Assembly: GCA_035193785.1 (NCBI GenBank)
Contig: CP136572.1
Location: 4,980,578-5,044,577, forward strand
DNA from: Planktothrix sp. GU0601_MAG3
GTDB taxonomy: Bacteria > Cyanobacteriota > Cyanobacteriia > Cyanobacteriales > Microcoleaceae
DNA: 64,000 nucleotides
Reading direction: 5' to 3'
Every line of letters begins with the position of its first letter. Within the stretch, counting starts at the first letter, position 1. The position numbers and the translations under genes were made by a program. Below the pieces are notes generated by a model. That model was not told where the DNA came from and made no database searches. It was given only the letters and a program-made list of their open reading frames with translations. Shown here piece by piece: positions 59,392 to 64,000 of the stretch.

Positions 59392-62300
59392 CTATTTTCC
59401 AATTGCACAGAAACCCGCCCAATAATAGGCTTCTTTAAAAGGTTGATAGGTTGGTTGTCTCATCCCTAAGTTTAGCTGTTGACGGAGTTTTTGTTTGGAT
59501 TCTGGTTTTAATGGTAGCGCATACAACCATTTTAGGAGGTTTTCTTTGTCAACGGTTCTTAACCAGCTTTGGGCTTGATTTAAGGCTAAACTCACGGACT
59601 TTTCAGACGGGAACAGTTCATAAAACTTAATCATTAAAATCGCCGTTGATAAATCACTGACTCGCCATAAACTACAAATCACATTTTTAACCCCCGCAAA
59701 CAGAAACCCACTGGGAAGACTAATATATTCTTCTAAAGTCTGATCAAATTGTGTTAACCCCGTTTCACAGGCGGATAATATCACCAGTTTCCCCTTTTGG
59801 GAAATCTAAACTAAAGATTTCGCGTAGAGTATAACATTGATCGGTATCGACTTGTTTACCTTTTCTCCAAGAAAGATAACGCTTGGTTTTTGGAGGGTCT
59901 AATTCTTCCTGAGTTTGGCGATCGCTCGATTGAAATACTTCTACAATTCCACCTGCTAAAATTAAATGGGATAATAACGGGAATTCAAAGTTAAACGACC
60001 CGTGACAAGCAAAGTGGAGATAATTCGCATCTCGAAACAGGTCGCTATTGGGGGGTTGAGTTAGGGCGATTTTAGTTGCTTTTTCACGCGATAAAGTATT
60101 AGCGGTAAATTGAGATGCGATCGCATCTACTTCTAATTCTGCAAAGTCTAAGTCTTCCGTGGGATTTTGAATCGCAAATAATTGAATATTGTTAACAGCA
60201 TTATCTGGCTTTTCTTCTCGCAAAGCAATATTTTCTAACGACATTAACCCCATTTGCAGACTTGGTAAATATTGCACCCCCTGAGAAAATTGATCAAACA
60301 AACAGAGGGTTTTTCCGTTCTCTTTAGCAACGGGTAAAGCATGGAGGGGAAATAAATGTAATTCTCGATAGGGAACTAAGATTAACCGTTGACAGAAGGC
60401 GGGAATTTTACTCAAAATATACTGAATATTCAGAATTTCGGCTAATTCTTCTAAAAACGGTTCTAACTGATTTTCCCAGATGTCGGTTTTGCTATTATAG
60501 GTTTCTAAATAGCGATCGCGCAACTCCCCTAACTCCGTCACCGCTTCCGGTTTTGATTGCCAATAATCAGCGCGAAAACTTGATTGATCATCCTTCTCCC
60601 CCTTTTCTAAGGCTATGCCCTGAGCTTGCCGAAGGAGGGGTTGGGGGGAATCTGCCCAAACTATAAACGCATAAATCCTTTCCGACGCGATAAACCATTC
60701 CACTAAGGCCGTTTTCTCTGGCAATAATGCCGGAATTTCTGATAGATTAATCCGTTGCACCCGTTGGGTATATTCAAAGGTGAGATCAAAATCTTTAATC
60801 TGTTCTAAAACTTGATTTAATTCCTGCTTTTGCTGAACCAAAGTTTCCCGAATTTGATTAATAGAATCAATGGGAAGATTAACAGCACCCGCACTTCGAC
60901 TTTGAGGAGAATCTGGATCAATACCAGCAGCAAGAATATTGCCGTCCAAAGATTCGATAAACCGTTGATTGGCTGAAAGTTCCCGACGCAACTGTTCTAA
61001 CCGTTGACAAATCTCTGGTGGAGTATTTTTCGGCAATAAATCCCGGTTAACCAAGAGTTTCAATTAAACTGCGAGACTTGCCGCGCTCAAGGGTGACTAA
61101 GGCTTGAGCGATCTGGTTCTGATGCAGATAAGCTTGGACAAGGCGTTCATAAACCTCAACATTCTCACGCCGTCGCTGTTGTTTATTGGCGTCGGAGCGA
61201 TCGCGGTGACAGAGTTCTTCTAAAGCATCCAGGGCGGCTTCATAGCCCGTAATAGCCAGTTGCCAGTTTTCCACCTCAAAGGCAGTATTACCCAATTTAC
61301 GCCCGATCAATAAATATTCTACCGGAAACTTCAGGGGAGAAGATAAAGCTAAGGCAGATTGCCACGTTTCCAAGGCTTCAGGGATTTGTTGCAGGTTTTT
61401 GTAAGTATCTGCCAAGCCATTCAGACGATAAAATTCTCCGCTACGATCTCCGATTTCCCGTGCAATGGTTAAAGCTTGCTGAAGATACTCGATAGCTTGT
61501 TGATACTGTCCCAAGGAATGGTAAGCAATGCCCAAATTGCCCAGAACATTGCCTTCTCCCCCACGATATCCAATTTCTCGTAAAATCATTGAAGCTTGCT
61601 GATGATACTCGATAGCTTGTTGATATTGTCCCAAAGAATAGTAAGCATTGCCCAAATCGCCCAGAGCATTGCCTTCTACCCCACGATCTCCGATTTCCCG
61701 TGAAATTGTTAAAGCCTGCTGATGATACTCGATAGCTAGTTGATACTGCCCCAAAGAATAGTAAGCATTGCCCAAATTGCCCAGATCAGCGCCTTCTCCC
61801 CGACGATCTCCGATTTCCCGTGCAATGGTTAAATGCTGCTGATAATAGTCGATAGCTTGTTGATACTGCCCCAAGCAACAGTAATCACTGCCCAAATTGC
61901 CCAGCGCATTGCCTTCTCCCCCACGATCTCCGATTTCCCGTGCAATTGTTAAATGCTGCTGATCATAGTCGATAGCTAGTTGATATTGTCCCAAAGAACG
62001 GTAAGCAACGCCCAAATTGCCCAGATCAGAGCCTTCTCCCCCACGATCTCCGATTTCCCGTGAAATTGTTAAAGCCTGCTGATGATAGTCGATAGCTTGT
62101 TGATATTGTCCCAAAGAACGGTAAGCAACGCCCAAATTGCCCAGAGCATTGCCTTCTCCCCGACGATCTCCGATTTCCCGTGCAATGGCCAAATGCTGCT
62201 GATGATAGTTGATAGCTTCTTCATACTGCCCTAATGAATTGTAAGCATTCCCCAAATTGCCCAGACCATTGCCTTCTCCCTGACGATCTCCGATTTCACG

Positions 62301-62540
62301 GGAGATCCTTAAAGCCTGTTGATAATACTTGATGGCTTGTTGATACCGCCCCAAGGAATCGTAAGCATTGCCCAAAGCACCCAGAGCAGAGCCTTCTCCC
62401 TGACGATCTCCGATTTCCCGATAAATCGTTAAAGCTTGCTGCCAGGATTGTAACGCTTGGCGATATTGACTACGGTAAAATTCCTCAACTCCTTGATTAA
62501 ATAAGCGATCCGCTTCAGCTTGTTTCTGTTCTGGGGTCAT
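59392..62540 (-). CDS. TPR-CHAT (caspase-like) protease, 1,048 aa after repair (+1 breaks at GTTTC 59787 and 61057)
   Basis: 40-aa TPRs, ERGKSRSLIELL, LHLFPLHAL, catalytic HFACHG and ILSACETG, SLWRVSD, YYWAGF. Confidence 0.92.
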
Positions 62541-62693
62541 GGCACAATTCCTGGGTATGGGCTGGGGTTGCTGATATTGATTTTAACTTGAACAGGACTT
62601 ACGCAAGCAGGCTATATATAGGGTGTCAAAAGTAGGCGATCGCATACCAATGATAATAGCAATCGCCCTCAAAAGTCCTAATTATTTATTTTC

Positions 62694-62812
62694 CTCCCAA
62701 TGTTGGGGGCTAGGGGGCTAGAATTTCCCCCCAATGTTGGGGGCTAGGGGGCTAGATGGCTTGAAATGTATAGTGTATTTGCCCCCTAAATCCCCCAAAA
62801 TTGGGGGACTTT
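62694..62812. repeat. Duplicated CCCAATGTTGGGGGCTAGGGGGCTAGA and a related palindromic repeat
   Basis: Two direct copies plus an inverted relative CCCCCTAAATCCCCCAAAATTGGGGGACTTT. Confidence 0.75.
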
Positions 62813-62866
62813 AAGAGGTTGTCCTGTTAAAGCGATCTCGGTGTCAATTTCAAAACTGGTTTAAGG

Positions 62867-64000
62867 ATGATGCCAAATAGTTTGAAAATAGAAAAGATAA
62901 AATTATCTATAATTATTCCGTTCTGGCAACAGGGGGATTTTTTATTAGATATGATCACGAGTTTAGAGTATAATTTAGAGATTAGTTATGAATTTATTAT
63001 TTTATTAAATCGCAATTTACTTGATTTTGAGTTAGCTGATATTATCAATTATTTAAACTTGCAAGATCATCAGGTTTTATATTTTGAACCTCCTTTTAAT
63101 AGTCAAGAAATTTTTAATCAAGCTATTGCACAAGCCCGGGGTGATTATATTGTTTGGCTACAATATCCGGTGATCTTGTATCCGAAAGGTTTGGCAGAAG
63201 CTATTAATATTTTAGATAATAATTTAGAGGTTGATGGAGTTGATCAGATTCAACAATTCACAGATTTTGAAGAAAATAGAGAGGAGGTAAAAATTGGATA
63301 TATTTTTAGAAAGGCAATTTGGGAAACGGAAGTTATATTCAAGGAAGATTATATAGATAATTTCAATGGTGAATTTCATTTTAGAAATAGTCCAAATAAT
63401 TTAATTATTAATCAAATTTCCGAAAAGATATGTGAGGTTAAATTTAATCCTAGTTTAAATCCAGAAATCCAACAATTACCTTTAGTTAGTGTTTGTATTC
63501 CGAGTTATAACGGAGAAAAGTTTATTGCTGAAGCGATATCTAGTATTTTATCTCAAACCTATTCAGCAATAGAATTAATTATTTCTGATGATCATTCCTG
63601 GGATAATACGATCGCGATCGCCCAATCTTTTCAAACCCAAACTTCTATTCCCATTAATATTTTAACTCATCAGACTTTAGGATTAGCGGAAAATAGCAAT
63701 TTTTGTATTAATCAATCTCAAGGTAAATATATTAAATTTGTCTATCAAGATGATATTTTAATGCCTAATTGTATCGAAAAAATGGTTAATTTAGCTGAAT
63801 CAGATCCCGATATTGGATTGGTTTTTTCCCCCAGAGAAATGTTTTTTCTTGATCCAGAAAATATTAATTTAGAATTAATTGCAGTTTATCAACAATTTGC
63901 TAATTTACATCAAAGTTGGTCTGATTTAAAAGCAATTCAATGGGGAAAAGACCTCTTAGCTGATCCGAATTTATGGCAACATCCGATTAATAAAATTGGA
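62867..64000 (+). CDS. Glycosyltransferase family 2 protein (degenerate GT2 domain + GT2 domain), runs off the window
   Basis: KLSIIIPFWQQG...AQARGDYIVWL, then LPLVSVCIPSYNGEKFIAEAISSILSQTY...IISDDHS; open to base 64000. Confidence 0.85.
   Translation, partial: MMPNSLKIEKIKLSIIIPFWQQGDFLLDMITSLEYNLEISYEFIILLNRNLLDFELADIINYLNLQDHQVLYFEPPFNSQEIFNQAIAQARGDYIVWLQYPVILYPKGLAEAINILDNNLEVDGVDQIQQFTDFEENREEVKIGYIFRKAIWETEVIFKEDYIDNFNGEFHFRNSPNNLIINQISEKICEVKFNPSLNPEIQQLPLVSVCIPSYNGEKFIAEAISSILSQTYSAIELIISDDHSWDNTIAIAQSFQTQTSIPINILTHQTLGLAENSNFCINQSQGKYIKFVYQDDILMPNCIEKMVNLAESDPDIGLVFSPREMFFLDPENINLELIAVYQQFANLHQSWSDLKAIQWGKDLLADPNLWQHPINKIG

Overview
Chromosomal window from a filamentous cyanobacterium (abundant HIP1 GCGATCGC and heptamer STRR repeats; gene content and style suggest Oscillatoriales, possibly Planktothrix). 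It is mostly housekeeping genes (ilvC, pilT, rpmA/rplU, rfbB, rpaB, radA, hisS, mfd, ilvB, glnB, rplT/rpmI, queF, speD) plus a ~1,930-aa Ser/Thr-His hybrid kinase, an egtD + short OvoA-like pair, toxin-antitoxin genes, a degraded IS200/IS605 element, several MITEs and a TPR-CHAT protease three-gene cluster. The strongest signal lies above gene level. Of the 30 reading-frame breaks I traced, 28 are repaired by deleting one base from GAAAC/GTTTC, i.e. GAAC/GTTC read with one extra A/T, and these include essential genes. This points to a motif-specific long-read error caused by a DNA modification at GAAC/GTTC, the known Dnd phosphorothioate motif. Split ORFs are therefore annotated as single genes.
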